From the IMG/VR virus record IMGVR_UViG_3300043435_001124: 64,000 bases of DNA. One strand, written 5' to 3'. The notes below the pieces were generated by a model. The model had not been told where the DNA came from and ran no database searches. It worked only from the letters and a program-made list of their open reading frames with translations. A program made the position numbers and the translations under genes. The stretch is from an uncultured virus (IMG/VR IMGVR_UViG_3300043435_001124). Lineage: Duplodnaviria; Heunggongvirae; Uroviricota; Caudoviricetes. Positions 16,301 through 26,900 of the stretch are shown piece after piece. The first letter of the stretch is position 1. Each line of letters opens with the position of its first letter.

Positions 16301-19300
16301 GAAATTCGCAAATTAAAAAAGATATTTTAATTGATACAGAAGTACGAGGATTTAATAAAATTACTTTATCTGAGAGCAAATATAATGGTGAATACTCAGT
16401 CGTAGGAATTACTTCCACAACATTTAGTTTTAATATTTTAGAATTTCCTGAAGAACCAATTTACACTCAAGGCATAGAATACTATACTAATAATTCACTT
16501 TCAGCACAAGGATCAATTTATGAGGTTAAAGTTCTAAGTAAAGGAAAAGGATATTCAAGATTACCTTCAGTTACTTCCATAGAATCTAATTTAGGTTTAA
16601 ATGCAATTGTTAAACCCAAAACCAGTTCTATTGGAAAGATTACATCAATAGAAATACAAGATATTGGATTTGATTATTCTGCTGATTACAGTGTTAGACC
16701 TACCACGAAGTTCCCTAGTATATTAGTTTTGGAACCTCTTTCATTTTTTGATTATATTGAAATTAATTCAATTGGAAAAGATTATACTGCTTCTCCAGAT
16801 CTTGTAGTTATTGATGGAATAACTAATAAAATAGTTAGTGATGTTGACTTATTTTATAATCTTGGTGATTCTTTAGTAACTATACGTAAAAACAGTAGTT
16901 CTCTTAATAATGCGATTCCTAAAATTATTCCAACAAATAATTCAAATGGAATTAAAATTGATAATATTACATTTAACAACTCAACTAAAAATGTAACCGT
17001 AACTATAGGTGCAAGTTTTAGTAATCCCGAAGATTATCCATTTGAAGTGGGGAGTAAAGTATTAATTGAAGGTATAAGTGTAGGTGTTAATAGTACCGGT
17101 AAAGGATATAACAGTTCAAATTATGATTATGCATTATTTACTCTTACTGCTGTAGATCCAAATCTTGGTGGATCAGTTGGAGTTGTTACATACAACCTCT
17201 CATCTTATTTGAATAATGAAGAAATTCCGGGAACATTTAAAATTAACTCATCTGCAGGAAGAATAATTCCAGAATCATATTTTCCAACTTTTAATCCAAT
17301 TCTAAAGAAAAACTCTTTTTATGAAGGAGAAATAATTTATTTTGAATCATCAGTTGGAAATGTTCAATTTTGGGATCCAGATAATCAATATCTCAAAATA
17401 TCCACAGTTGATGATTTTCCTATTGGTAGTAATATACGAGGAAAAACTTCAAACTCCGTTGGTATTATTAATGATATATTAAGTTATGAATCTAATTATG
17501 CTGTTGATTCATCCTCAAAAACAAGAAAAGGGTGGAATACCGAAACTGGATTTTTAAATAACGATTTTCAACGAATTCATGATAGTGATTATTATCAATA
17601 TTTTTCATATGAATTGAAATCTCAAAAAGATTTGACTACTTGGGATAATCCAGTAAGTTCGTTAAACCATACCGCAGGATTTAAAAAATTTGGTAATTTA
17701 ATTATAGAATCAAAACCATTAAATATCGGAATTTCAACAGATCAAAATCAAGGAGATTTTTCTGGTACTGCAGATTTGTCTAGATTCATTGACCTTAATT
17801 GTGTTTATGATTTTGATCTTGCTCGGGAAAATAATCTTATCATTGACGATACTATTACTTCTAATGAAATTTTATTTGATTCTAGAGTTATTCAAGATTA
17901 TATTGAATCTATTGGAAATAGAGTTTTAGTAATTGATAATATTTCAAATGAATTTAATAGTAATCCTAGAGCAACAGAGTTTAGTATTGTAGACTCATTT
18001 ACGTTAACAAATGTCAGATCTAAAAAATATTTTATTCTAATACAAGATCAAAAATTTATAAATGAGAAACAATTTAGTGCCATAGTACTTCTTCACGACA
18101 ATAATGTTGGATTTATGAACCAATATGGATTAAATGTAGTAGAATCTCCGAATTTGGGATTTTTTGATTTTAGTGTTTCTGGAACATCTGGAAATTTACT
18201 TTTTTATCCAGTAAAAACAAAATTTAATAATTATAATTTACAAATTTTTTCTTTCTCCCTCAACGATAGTCTAAGTGGAATTGGTACAGTAGATTTAGGA
18301 AATTCTGTTCATATTAATACTAGTAATACTATAATTCCACAAGGAACTGGAATTTCTACTTCTATTGTAGGAATTGCATCTACTTATAGAGCATCAAAAG
18401 TTTTAGTTCAAATTGGAGCAACTGATTCTTCATATTATGAAGTTGATGAGATTACTATTATTAACGATGGAAATCAAATTCATTTATTAGATTATGGACA
18501 AATAACAACCGATAGTTTTACTTCACGTTCATCTTTGGGCATTGGAACATATAATGCTTATTTGTCTGGTTCGGAGATTAAAATTGATTTAATACCAGAT
18601 ACAGTAACTTCTATTGATTATATTGTTAATACTTTTAATGTGTCTTTGGCAAATACTAGTGCTTCCGGAATTGGAACTGAAATTATTGGAGGAAGTTCTC
18701 TAAATTCATCTTCAGTCGCAATTTCCTCCAGTGTTTCTCCAGTAGCAAACATAATATCAAGTTATTCAAATACAAATTACAATAGTTCATATTATATTAT
18801 TAGTATTGAAGATAAGACCAATTCAAAATATCAAGTTTCTGAAATTTTAGTTGTAACAAATTACGAAGAAAATCAATGCTATATTACAGAATTCGGAATT
18901 TTACAAACAGAATCTTCTTTAGGAATTACAACGGCAGGAATTTCTGGTGCAAATACTGAAATTTATTTCACTCCCATTCAAGATATTGATGTTGATATCA
19001 AAGTATTTGCAATTAACATTGGATTGAGTAATAATATTGACGACATATCATTAATAAATGGATCTCTAGAATATGATTATGGAATATACACAGGAACAAA
19101 TTCAGATATTAAAAAAGAATTTGAGTTAAAACATAAAAATATACCAATTTTTGAAAGATATATCGATGGCACTAATCCAGATATTATTAAAGTTGATAAA
19201 AATATAATTACAATTCCCTACAATTACTATGTTACTGGAGAAGAAATAATATATTCATACCCTACTAAGTCGGCGCAAGCAATTGGTATCGCTACAACTT

Positions 19301-22300
19301 CTGTACCTGGTATTGGTGTTACTGATAAACTTCCTCCTAAGTTATATGTTGTTAAACTAAATGATTCTCAAATAAGAGTTTCTACTTCTGCATCCGATGC
19401 TTTAAAAACTACTCCAAAAGTTTTAGAATTAACTTCTGTTGGCATAGGGAGTTCTCATTTATTTACTTCAAAAAATCAAAACAAAAAAGCAATTATTGGA
19501 ATTGATAATGTTATTCAATCTCCTATTGTTTCAACAGCAATTACATCATCATTAATTCGTAATTTAACTGCTTTTAGTTCTTTGGTATATGTTTCTGGTA
19601 TAACATCAGTTTATGGTGGAGACTTGATTAAAATTGATGAAGAAATTATGAAAGTTACTGCAGTTGGAGTTGGAAGTACAAATTCAATAAGTGTAGTTAG
19701 ACCTTGGATGGGAACTGGATTATCTACTCATTCATCTTCAAGTTTAGTATCTAAAGTTTACGGAAACTATAACATTGTTGGGAATAAAATTTATTTTTCA
19801 GAGGCACCTTATGGAAAAGTGCCTTTTGTCAATCAATCAAATAGGGCAGATGAGCAAGATTATGTCGGTATTGCTACTGGGTCATCATTTAGTGGAAGAA
19901 TATTCTTAAGATCTGGGATTGCAGATAGTAATAATGAATCATATTCAAATAACTATATTTTTGATGATATTTCAAATGATTTTGATGGAATACAAAAAAC
20001 ATTTACATTAAAGTCTAATGGAACAAATGTATCTGGAATATCAACAGATAATGCTATAGTATTAGTAAATGAAATATTTCAAGGACCCAATTTTGTTGAT
20101 TATGACTTAAGTGAGTCTTCAGGAATAACTTCCATATCATTTACTGGATCAGCAACATCAACAAGTTATGATGTAAACACTTCAAGTATTCCTAGAGGAG
20201 GTATTATTCTTTCTGTTGGATCTACACAAGGATTTGCATATCAACCATTAGTATCTGCAGGAGGGACTGCAGTAGTATCAGTTGCAGGTACAATTCAATC
20301 TATTAGTATTGGAAATAGTGGATCTGGTTATAGATCTGGAATACAGACAGTTGTAAATGTCGGGGTTGTAACATCAAACGTTGGTATTCCAAATATACAA
20401 TTAATTGGAACCGCTTCTATAAGCGGAGGAAGTGTTGTAAGTGTTGCTATTACAAATCCAGGAGTTGGATATACTTCATCCAATCCACCAATCGTAATTT
20501 TTGATGATCCATTATCATATTCAAATATTCCATTAATATACAACTCTCAATCATCTTCAGGTGTAGGTACTGGTGCGGTTGTTGATATCATAGTTGGTCA
20601 AGGATCAAGTGTAATATCATTTGAATTAAAGAATTTTGGATATGGATATAATATAAATGAAGTATTAACGGTTTCAATTGGAGGAACCATAGGAATTCCA
20701 ACTAATACCTCATTAAGTTTTTCAGAATTCCAATTATCAATTGATGGGGTATACTCTGATGCATTTACTGCATGGACGGTTGGATCACTTCAAGTTATTG
20801 ACCCAATTGATTCCCTTTTTGATGGAAATAGAAAATCATTTCCAATTCGTATTGGGGGGAATCAAACTTCAATCCGAACAAAAAAAGGTTCAATTATTGA
20901 TGTTCAAGCAACTTTATTAATTTTTATTAATGATATTCTACAAGTTCCGGGAGAAGGATACCGTTTTTCTGGGGGAAGTATTATACGATTTACCGAAGCA
21001 CCAAAAGAAGGCGATACCTCTAAAATAATATTTTATCGAGGAACTGCAGATATTGATACTTTGGATGTAGATATTTTAGAAACCATCAAACAGGGAGATA
21101 AAGTTACTTTAACTAGTAATGATATTAAATTAAAAGAGAACTCTAGATTGGTTACTGAAATTATTTCTTCTGATATACTTTCAACAAACTTATATTCAGG
21201 TCCAGGAATTACTGAAAATGAAGATCTATCAAGACCTTTAACTTGGTGTAGACAAACTGAAGACTTGGTTATAAATGGGAAACAAGTTGGTAAAGATAGG
21301 GTACTTTATGAACCTTATATTCAACCAACTACCAATATTATTCAAAATATCGGAATAGGGTCTAGCATAATTTTTGTTGAAAGTGTTAAGGCATTCTTTG
21401 ATAGTGAGAAAGAGTATACTCATGACGGAATTACAGAAAAACCACAAAATAAAATTATTATTATTTCTCAAGATTCCATAGTTTCTTCATCTGCTACTGC
21501 AGTAGTATCTACTTCGGGGACAATTTCATCTATTATTATCTCAGATAATGGGAATGGATATACTACTATCCCAACAGTATCAATTGCCGGACCAATTGGA
21601 TTTGGAACAACTACAATACAGAACACTGCTAGAGCACTTGCAACAATTTCGGGAGGAGTTGTAACAGGAATTGCAATAACATCTGCTGGACTTGGATACA
21701 CGTTTACATATCCACCAGTGGTTTTAATTGAAACTCCACCTACAAAATATGAAATTATCGATAAAATTTCTTATGAAGGTGATTTTGGAATAATTACTGG
21801 AGTTCAAACTACTTCTGTTGGAGTAGCATCAACTGGAATTGTATTTGATTTGTTTATTCCTACAAATTCTATTATAAGAGATTCAAGTATTGTAAAAGTG
21901 GGAATTGCTACAACTGGGATTAGTGGAATTCAAACTGGATATTACTTTATTGTTCATAGTTCAAATGTGGGTAATGGGTTAACATCACTAAATCTTTCTG
22001 GTGGGGTTGTTGGTGTCGGAACTACTTTTATTAATAACATCTATCAAGTTGCATCAGTATCAATTGCCCAAACTGCTGTTCCTGGCGTAGGACTTACCAA
22101 CGTCACCAAAGTAACTGTAAGTGTTTCAAATTATAATAATTTAACTGGACTTGGATTTAGTGATTTTTATGGAGAATATAGTTGGGGGCGAATTTTGACA
22201 CCTATACGCCCAAATCCAGATGAATTTATCACTTATGCGAATATTGGTGGCATTTCATCCTCTCCAGTTATTCAAAGGTATAATCGTTTAAAATACTCAA

Positions 22301-22314
22301 ATTATAATACCTAA
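10390..22314 (+). CDS. gp7: Giant baseplate wedge initiator (gp7-like, 3974 aa) with YHYH-like domain and beta-rich repeats
   Basis: N-terminal QLPEFV...FYSSKGT, HSPIIGWAYDGNPIYGPYG, DSDYYQYFSY...HTAGF; position between gp6 and gp8. Confidence 0.8.
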   Translation: MRKTRIKISSIIQNQLPEFVKEEFPLVSEFLSQYYISLESDGHTSDILQNIDQYIKVDNLANLIESTKLSSNVTFFDTTINVDSTLGFPDSYGLILIDSEIITYTSKTSTSFEGCIRGFDGTTSYEIKDQLSFSETQVEEHILSTKVSNLSILFLKEFFKKVKKQITPGFEERELYVDLDERLFVKQSIDFYSSKGTDNSFKILFGALYGQNVEVIRPRDYLIQPSSAQYRITSDLVVEKIEGNPEDLVNTTLYQDETENINRAQGTITNVEKIRRESKDYYVISLDSDYDKDIQPSGSVYGKFQIHPKTRIVSVSSVISGSTTLEVDSTVAFPNSNGNLIIDLDNGTSLNVTYASKTLNQFLDCIGITQDIPSATEVKSDFFVYGYSNEEIVKIRILGVLSDLPIPDNTLFYSKGDIVKIKTLGIDSKDVKANNWFFNIPVKYSVSGISTLDNAAEGSYTFTVPDNHSFRLGDSISLIPSSGDPLITNITSINDEKSFSVLLGSNQNLNINQTYIVQKNVSKVQLSNTDKNKYPSLSKYTSNVQNVYLDQDSLYVASPSLPTYLNIPLSINDGSISFSGTFLPDDADNLNKGTTLDIGTHKFYTGDSIVYKPSLGNSLGISTGVYFIKRISGTEIKLARSRNNIFTENFISIDADVKNAKFELTKFTYNNLDTQILEPQKLIRKISNPEIDGKIYETVPGLTGIFINGVELLNYKSTDNVFYGPIEDIVVSAPGSGYDVINPPILSIIDPNGFGANGYCSVIGGLERIDIIDPGFDYLEDPTIDIIGGNGSGASAKVNLASFDHSVSFNSIGSAGLVKLNPTNTIGFSSYHKFRDAEEVIYVTDGQSPIVGGISTIGNLPTNSTYFVSVQDAYNIKLHKSFEDAVIGINTIQLTSYGVGNHSFKSKNKKKKIGSITIENSGINYQNKLVATSASGINTASNTITVLNHGYNSGEVITYNPTETVIGGLSSSTSYYVTIIDDDQFKLSQIGIGTLGVTKKFYYDTNQYVNLTSSGVGSHRFNYPEISVSISGRIGVSTLSGQNFNAIAQPIFRGQIQSIFISSGGLNYGSEDIINYNRQPLFELNSGSGIQLTPIISNGQIVDVLVNSSGNGYNSPPNLQIDGTGTGAVLTPILSNGSLVEVKVIYGGIGYNHTDTSITVTPAGLDAKFEAQIKSWKINLVERLVINSQISVDEGILTPGLNSNYGLQYSHAYAPKYLKNIVQIANSHSPIIGWAYDGNPIYGPYGYASKTGGKVIPLISGYDLIDSPSSRPRESIYPKGFFIEDYNFVGNKDSDEFNKLDEHNGRFGITPEYPNGVYAYFSTINSVSKKPIFPYIIGPSYKAKPIDFNFNSYSNQDYIDINQTNWKRNITPYNISSYDYLLNPNKIKEQNSIVKSVLEGSIDSIEIFDGGQNYKINDRLIFNHQSGFGAKAKISSIKGKQVTQISVATSSFNEIEFYPYNQSFIGFTSIPHNYSNNDLVTFTGSNDYKKSGNIVVNTNNLTLTSGIGSAQYTGIITYFNVSGDLSYPNIKENDIYQIQNEKIKILNIDSRSSRIKVLRNQNGTTGLTSYVAGIGFTEKTRKLKLNFGISTTYNFNVNKEFYFNPRESVGLGTTSGVGIVSTIYFSNPGVGVTQITIPTQSIYIENHNLNTGDSLIYSSNGGNAISISTNGSSSFQLEENSIVYAAKISNDLIGISTIKVGLGSIGNFVSVGSTLKSGILYFTSVGTGNNHSFTTNYTNTLTGNISKNVVTVSTAETHGLSLLDNVNINVRPGISTTLVVKYDDYNRRLVINPRTFSSIDTINNIITINNHQYYTGQKVIYTATTPATGLINFGIYYIVTIDSNKIKLSDTYYGSVKLPPEIIDITTSYPGTISPINPPLNLTKNKRVVFDLSDSSLSFNANSTNYSAFEFRFYRDEQFIDEFNTTQSSQIFDISGIGTIGITSTANITLTINDSTPTNLFYKLVPTNLDRNSQIKKDILIDTEVRGFNKITLSESKYNGEYSVVGITSTTFSFNILEFPEEPIYTQGIEYYTNNSLSAQGSIYEVKVLSKGKGYSRLPSVTSIESNLGLNAIVKPKTSSIGKITSIEIQDIGFDYSADYSVRPTTKFPSILVLEPLSFFDYIEINSIGKDYTASPDLVVIDGITNKIVSDVDLFYNLGDSLVTIRKNSSSLNNAIPKIIPTNNSNGIKIDNITFNNSTKNVTVTIGASFSNPEDYPFEVGSKVLIEGISVGVNSTGKGYNSSNYDYALFTLTAVDPNLGGSVGVVTYNLSSYLNNEEIPGTFKINSSAGRIIPESYFPTFNPILKKNSFYEGEIIYFESSVGNVQFWDPDNQYLKISTVDDFPIGSNIRGKTSNSVGIINDILSYESNYAVDSSSKTRKGWNTETGFLNNDFQRIHDSDYYQYFSYELKSQKDLTTWDNPVSSLNHTAGFKKFGNLIIESKPLNIGISTDQNQGDFSGTADLSRFIDLNCVYDFDLARENNLIIDDTITSNEILFDSRVIQDYIESIGNRVLVIDNISNEFNSNPRATEFSIVDSFTLTNVRSKKYFILIQDQKFINEKQFSAIVLLHDNNVGFMNQYGLNVVESPNLGFFDFSVSGTSGNLLFYPVKTKFNNYNLQIFSFSLNDSLSGIGTVDLGNSVHINTSNTIIPQGTGISTSIVGIASTYRASKVLVQIGATDSSYYEVDEITIINDGNQIHLLDYGQITTDSFTSRSSLGIGTYNAYLSGSEIKIDLIPDTVTSIDYIVNTFNVSLANTSASGIGTEIIGGSSLNSSSVAISSSVSPVANIISSYSNTNYNSSYYIISIEDKTNSKYQVSEILVVTNYEENQCYITEFGILQTESSLGITTAGISGANTEIYFTPIQDIDVDIKVFAINIGLSNNIDDISLINGSLEYDYGIYTGTNSDIKKEFELKHKNIPIFERYIDGTNPDIIKVDKNIITIPYNYYVTGEEIIYSYPTKSAQAIGIATTSVPGIGVTDKLPPKLYVVKLNDSQIRVSTSASDALKTTPKVLELTSVGIGSSHLFTSKNQNKKAIIGIDNVIQSPIVSTAITSSLIRNLTAFSSLVYVSGITSVYGGDLIKIDEEIMKVTAVGVGSTNSISVVRPWMGTGLSTHSSSSLVSKVYGNYNIVGNKIYFSEAPYGKVPFVNQSNRADEQDYVGIATGSSFSGRIFLRSGIADSNNESYSNNYIFDDISNDFDGIQKTFTLKSNGTNVSGISTDNAIVLVNEIFQGPNFVDYDLSESSGITSISFTGSATSTSYDVNTSSIPRGGIILSVGSTQGFAYQPLVSAGGTAVVSVAGTIQSISIGNSGSGYRSGIQTVVNVGVVTSNVGIPNIQLIGTASISGGSVVSVAITNPGVGYTSSNPPIVIFDDPLSYSNIPLIYNSQSSSGVGTGAVVDIIVGQGSSVISFELKNFGYGYNINEVLTVSIGGTIGIPTNTSLSFSEFQLSIDGVYSDAFTAWTVGSLQVIDPIDSLFDGNRKSFPIRIGGNQTSIRTKKGSIIDVQATLLIFINDILQVPGEGYRFSGGSIIRFTEAPKEGDTSKIIFYRGTADIDTLDVDILETIKQGDKVTLTSNDIKLKENSRLVTEIISSDILSTNLYSGPGITENEDLSRPLTWCRQTEDLVINGKQVGKDRVLYEPYIQPTTNIIQNIGIGSSIIFVESVKAFFDSEKEYTHDGITEKPQNKIIIISQDSIVSSSATAVVSTSGTISSIIISDNGNGYTTIPTVSIAGPIGFGTTTIQNTARALATISGGVVTGIAITSAGLGYTFTYPPVVLIETPPTKYEIIDKISYEGDFGIITGVQTTSVGVASTGIVFDLFIPTNSIIRDSSIVKVGIATTGISGIQTGYYFIVHSSNVGNGLTSLNLSGGVVGVGTTFINNIYQVASVSIAQTAVPGVGLTNVTKVTVSVSNYNNLTGLGFSDFYGEYSWGRILTPIRPNPDEFITYANIGGISSSPVIQRYNRLKYSNYNT

Positions 22315-22334
22315 ATAAATAAAAAAACTATAAA

Positions 22335-23894
22335 ATGTCTGCAATTATAACTGACCAACTAAGAATATTAAATGCAAAGAATTTTGTTAGTGGTGTTACA
22401 TCTTCTTCCAATTCATATTATTCTTTTGTTGGTTTAACTAATGCAACTGATTACTTAACAACTTGGGAAAATAATCCACCATCACCAAGAGATAGTTTTG
22501 ATCAAGAAAATGATTATTGGGATACTATGGTTGCTTTAAAAAAAATTAAAGCAAGTGACGTAAATCAAGTTATTCGTAAAATAACTTGGTCTTCTGGAAC
22601 AACTTATGATATGTATCGTCATGATATTAGTATAAGTAATACATCAAAACCATCTGGATCAACTAGTTTATATTCGGCCAATTATTATGTAATTAATAGT
22701 GATTATAGAGTTTATATTTGCCTTCAAAATGGTACTGATCCAGACAATGTAACTGGAAGACCATCATTAGATGAACCAACTTTTACAGATTTAGAACCAA
22801 AAGCAGCGGGAAATACTGGTGATGGATATATTTGGAAATATCTCTATACAATCAAACCTAGTGAAGTTATAAAATTCGATACGGTTAATTTTATACCTGT
22901 ACCAAAAAACTGGGAGACTAGTTCCGAATCTTTAGCACTAAGAACAAACGCAGCATCTCCTAATAACCAACTTAAAATTATTACCATTATAAATCGTGGG
23001 GTTGGTATTGGGACTGCAAATAGAACTTATACAAATGTCCCAATTAAAGGTGATGGTGAAGGAGCAAAAGCAACTATTGTAATTAACAACGATTCTAGAG
23101 TAGAATCAATTACAGTTTCTACTGGAGGCTCGGGATATACTTATGGAACTGTTGATTTAGTTGGAGGAAATGTTCCGATTGGGGTGAATGATAATGATAT
23201 ACCATCTTTTAATGTAATTATTCCACCAAAAGGAGGTCACGGAGCAGACATCTATAGGGAACTTGGTGCTTATAGTGTTTTGATTTTTTCTAGGATTGAA
23301 AATGATTTAGAAAATCCAGATTTTATAACCGGAAATAAAATTGCTAGAGTTGGAATTGTAGAAAATCCTCAAGCATATGATTCTACTTCATTATTAGATA
23401 TAGAAAAAGCAAGTGCTGTTTATGCGCTAAAACTTACAGGAACAGGATATGACACTGCTATATTTACTCCAAATTCAAAATTTACCCAAATTATAAGTAC
23501 TGGAACAACTGCTGTTGGAAGAGTGGTTTCTTATGACCAAAATACTGGAGTATTAAAATATTGGCAAGATAAAAGTCTCGTTGGGTTTAATACTGATGGA
23601 TCTCAAAATCAATTTCCAACTTATGGAATTCAATTAAATAGATTTACAAATTCTACTGGTGTTGGTGGAACAACTATTATACAAGGAACAAATCTTAACA
23701 TTGACACTACTTTCACAGGTATCGCTACGGCACTAAATAATAGAACATACAATCTTGGACAATCTTTCATTGCTGGTTTAGCAAATCCCGAGGTTAAAAA
23801 ATACTCAGGAAGTATTATTTACGTTGATAATAGACCTTCAATTACAAGGTCATCAAATCAAAAAGAAGATATCAAAGTCATTTTGCAATTTTAA
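22335..23894 (+). CDS. gp8: Baseplate wedge subunit gp8
   Basis: DGYIWKYLYTI and SGSIIYVDNRPSITRS...EDIKVILQF. Confidence 0.9.
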   Translation: MSAIITDQLRILNAKNFVSGVTSSSNSYYSFVGLTNATDYLTTWENNPPSPRDSFDQENDYWDTMVALKKIKASDVNQVIRKITWSSGTTYDMYRHDISISNTSKPSGSTSLYSANYYVINSDYRVYICLQNGTDPDNVTGRPSLDEPTFTDLEPKAAGNTGDGYIWKYLYTIKPSEVIKFDTVNFIPVPKNWETSSESLALRTNAASPNNQLKIITIINRGVGIGTANRTYTNVPIKGDGEGAKATIVINNDSRVESITVSTGGSGYTYGTVDLVGGNVPIGVNDNDIPSFNVIIPPKGGHGADIYRELGAYSVLIFSRIENDLENPDFITGNKIARVGIVENPQAYDSTSLLDIEKASAVYALKLTGTGYDTAIFTPNSKFTQIISTGTTAVGRVVSYDQNTGVLKYWQDKSLVGFNTDGSQNQFPTYGIQLNRFTNSTGVGGTTIIQGTNLNIDTTFTGIATALNNRTYNLGQSFIAGLANPEVKKYSGSIIYVDNRPSITRSSNQKEDIKVILQF

Positions 23895-23900
23895 AGAATT

Positions 23901-26900
23901 ATGTCACAGGAAACTAATCTCAACGTCTCTCCATATTTTGATGATTTTGATGAAAATAACGACTACTATAAAGTTTTGTTTAAACCGGGATATCCTATTC
24001 AAGCAAGAGAACTAACAACTCTACAATCAATTCTTCAAAATCAAGTAGAACAATACGGAAAGCATATTTTTAAGGAGGGTTCTGTTGTAATTCCCGGACA
24101 ACTGAGATATGAAACTCCACTTTATGCTGTAGAAATTGCGGACTCATTCAATGGCGCTCCAATTTCTTTATATTTTGATCAACTTTTAGGTAAAAAACTA
24201 AGAGGTTCTGTAAGTGGTGTTACTGCAGAGGTAGTTTATCTTCTTAAAAATATAGATTCTGAAAGAAGAAATTATACGTTATACTTAAAATATCTTCAAA
24301 GTGGTGGTGAAGATTTTACAAATAGAATTTTTCAAAGTGGCGAAACTCTAACATTAGAGACCTCACTTACATATGGTAACTTCGTAATCCAGGTCGGTCA
24401 GGGAGTCTGCAATACTATTACAACTAATGCAACATCAGAAGGTTCTGGCGTATCGGTAGCAGAAGGTGTTTATTTTGTTAGAGGAGTATTTGCAAGAGTA
24501 TCTTCACAAACTATTCTTTTAGATCAATACTCAATTACTCCATCATATAAAGTTGGTTTTGATATTGTAGAAGAAATTATAACTTCCGATGAAGATGAAA
24601 CTTTATTTGATAACGCTCAGGGATTTTCTAATTATGCTGCTCCAGGAGCAGATCGCTTTAAAATTTCGTTAGAACTTTCTAAACGAACACTTGATGACTT
24701 AGAAACTGATAATTTTGTAGAAATTTTAAGAGTTGATCAAGGAGTACCACAATTTTTTAATAAAAATTCACAGTATAATTTAATTCGTGATGAGTTAGCA
24801 AGAAGAACTTTTGATGAATCTGGTAATTATTTTATAAAACCATTTACTCTATTTGTGAGAGATAGTTTAAATGATGGAGTTTTAAATGATGGAATTTATT
24901 TTAAAGATCAACAAACAGTTCAAGGAAATAATCCATCGGAAGATTTGATGGTTTATCAGATTGGACCAGGTAAAGCATATGTGGGTGGATATGATGTAGA
25001 AACAATTTCTCCAAGACTAATTGATGTTCCAAAACCAAGAACTACAAAAACTGTATCAAATCAAGTTATTCCATACAATGCCGGAACTTTATTTGTTTTA
25101 AATAATGGTTATGGATCACCGACTTTAGGTATTGGCACAGATGCAACAGTAAGTTTGATGAATTCTCGTATTGGAGAGTCCGCAAGTGTTGCTACAGGAA
25201 CAACCATTGGTCTCGCAAGAATTTATGATTTTATACCAGAAAGTGATTACGTTGATGATACGAGTCGGTTAAATTTAAGATTATTTGATATTCAAACTTA
25301 TGCAATAATTGGTCTTACTACATCTTTTGGTGGCAGTGGATTATCTGTTCCTTGCTTTATTGAGGGTAAAAAAAGTAGGGCATCAGGTCACCTAAAAGAA
25401 TCAGTTTCTGCTGGTTCTACAACACTAACATTATACGAAACTACTGGTGATTTTTTAGAAAATGAACAAATTATTATCAATGGTATAGATAATGGAAGAC
25501 TAATTAAATCAGTAACTGATTACAATCTTTCCGACGTAAAATCAGTTTATTATAAAGTAGGAATTAATACATTTAATGCAGATTTAGTACTTTCCAACGG
25601 ATCTTATATTGCAAAACCAGGAACTACATTTAGAGTAAACAATGGTGTAGTGTCTGCAGGTTTGGGTGATATATTTACAAAAATTGTAACGGTTGGTAAT
25701 ATAGTTTCTTATGCAAATACTACTTTTACCGGCGATCCAATTTATAATAGAGTAACTGCAGTTGGATCTGGTGGAACATCGTTTACAATTACAGGTATTA
25801 CTACAGTTACTGGAATTTGCAATGGCATTCTTCCATCGGGATCTTTTGAAGTTACAAATATAATTAAAGTTACACCGTCAGTTGATTCTACAAATTCATC
25901 ACTCTTAACTCTTCTTAATTCGGATAACGTATCCTCAGTCAATTTTCAGGATAATGAGGTTATTCAAAGGCGCACATACAATGTTGCATCTTTCTCCGAA
26001 AGTTCAATTTCAGTTGCAATTGATCCTTCAGATATTGATATTTTCTTTCATTCTTTTGATGAAGATAGATTTGTAATTGCTTATTCAGATGGAAGCATTG
26101 AACCATTAAGATTTGATCAATATAATATTAGTCTTGATGGTAAAACATTAACTTTTTATGGATTAACCAAATCAAGCGGAACAAATGCAATTGTTACTGC
26201 AACGGTAAGAAATATTCAACCAAGCTCAAAATCCAAAAAGTTCAATAAAGTTTCATCTTTAGTTGTATCAAATTCCAGTCTTGTAAATTCTGGAGTTGGA
26301 ACCACAACTTTAAAAGATGGATTAAATTACAGCAACGTTTATGGAACAAGAGTTCAAGATAAAATTATTAGTTTAAATATTCCAGATGCAGTAAGAGTTC
26401 TTGCTGTATATGAATCCAATAATACATTAGAACCTGCATTACCAACTTTACTTATATCAGGAAATCCAAATAACAATCAAAATTTTGTAGTTGGAGAATA
26501 TATTGAGGGACAAAATTCTGGTGCGGTAGCAATCATAGTTAGAAAAGTAGATATCAATAAGTTGGAGTATGTATATTTAAATACAATTCAATTCTCTGTT
26601 GGTGAACTTATTGTTGGAAATGAGTCTACAGAGGAAGCGATTGTTTCTTCGAAGACCTTAGGTGATAAAAACATTACACAAAACTTTATTTTTGATGATG
26701 GTCAGAGAGATACTTTCTATGATTATTCGAGAATTATAAGAAAAAGTAATATTCAGGAACCATCAAAAAAACTTAAAATTATATTCCAAAATTATACAAT
26801 TGATTCATCAGACACTGGTGAGTTTATTACAGCAAATAGTTATAATATAAGTAATTTTAAATATGATGTTTCTTCATATGAAAATTCGAGATTAACGGAT